From Stegostoma tigrinum (taxonomy: Eukaryota): a stretch of 64,000 bases of DNA. This document shows, in pieces, positions 63,750 to 64,000 of this stretch (position 1 is the first letter of the stretch; every line of letters starts with the position of its first letter). Location: the NCBI RefSeq assembly GCF_030684315.1, contig NC_081396.1, positions 4,092,001 through 4,156,000 on the forward strand. The letters are read 5' to 3'. Below the pieces are notes generated by a model, which did not search any database, was not told the origin of the DNA, and was given only the letters and a program-made list of their open reading frames with translations. Position numbers and translations under genes: made by a program.

Positions 63750-64000
63750 CTGGCCTCTGGCCCTGATACTGGACCTGGGAAAGAAAAGGGGAGTGGGTAG
63801 AATAGGAGAGCAATTGTTGTGGGAATTCAATCGTAACAGACACAGACAGATAGATCTGTGAACGCGGACGAGGTGAACAGAAGGTATGTTGACTCACCGG
63901 TGCCAGGGTCTGTGCATTCTTGGATCATGTCTTTAAGATCCTTAAGGGGGAGTTTGAGCAACCTGCAGTCATGCTACACATCGTTGGCAATGACATAGGT
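63750..64000 (+). mobile_element. Decayed CR1 ORF1 esterase fragment running off the window
   Basis: VVGNSIV...KVC*LTGARV...FKILKGE.EQPAVMLHIVGNDIG, homologous to the ORF1 at 57000-57180. Confidence 0.8.

Noticed and set aside
1-64000. CRISPR arrays, rRNA or prokaryotic operons
   Set aside because: Vertebrate intron-exon structure and repeats; no repeat-spacer array or rRNA-like sequence seen.

Overview
Eukaryotic, AT-rich, repeat-rich draft genome sequence with three N gaps, from a cartilaginous fish (shark-type Ig genes, HE1/V-SINEs, CR1 LINEs; the species cannot be fixed from the sequence). The main feature is one IgM heavy-chain minilocus on the minus strand: leader 23056-23008, VH 22880-22576, JH ending at 22133, a 12.4-kb J-C intron, CH1 9743-9447, CH2 6036-5722, CH3 3795-3490 and CH4 plus secretory tail 3027-2637. 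No TM exons were found; they would lie left of the window. The variable region appears partly pre-rearranged in the germline as VD-DJ: V is fused to a D1 remnant followed by a 22-bp-spacer RSS, and 380 bp away a 12-bp-spacer RSS precedes a fused D2-JH, so only one RAG join remains. The gene is a pseudogene: ATG>TTG, leader donor GT>AT, TGA in V FR2, TAG at the end of CH3, and a decayed secretory tail. The J-C intron carries a 2.7-kb quasi-palindromic Penelope-like element (RT + GIY-YIG) with an identical minimal hammerhead-ribozyme motif at each end. Upstream are a further 2-kb Penelope copy, a near-full-length CR1 LINE whose 5'UTR has 215-bp tandem monomers, an ancient ~7-kb tandem duplication and many decayed LINE/SINE fragments. 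Most short ORFs in the track are incidental.
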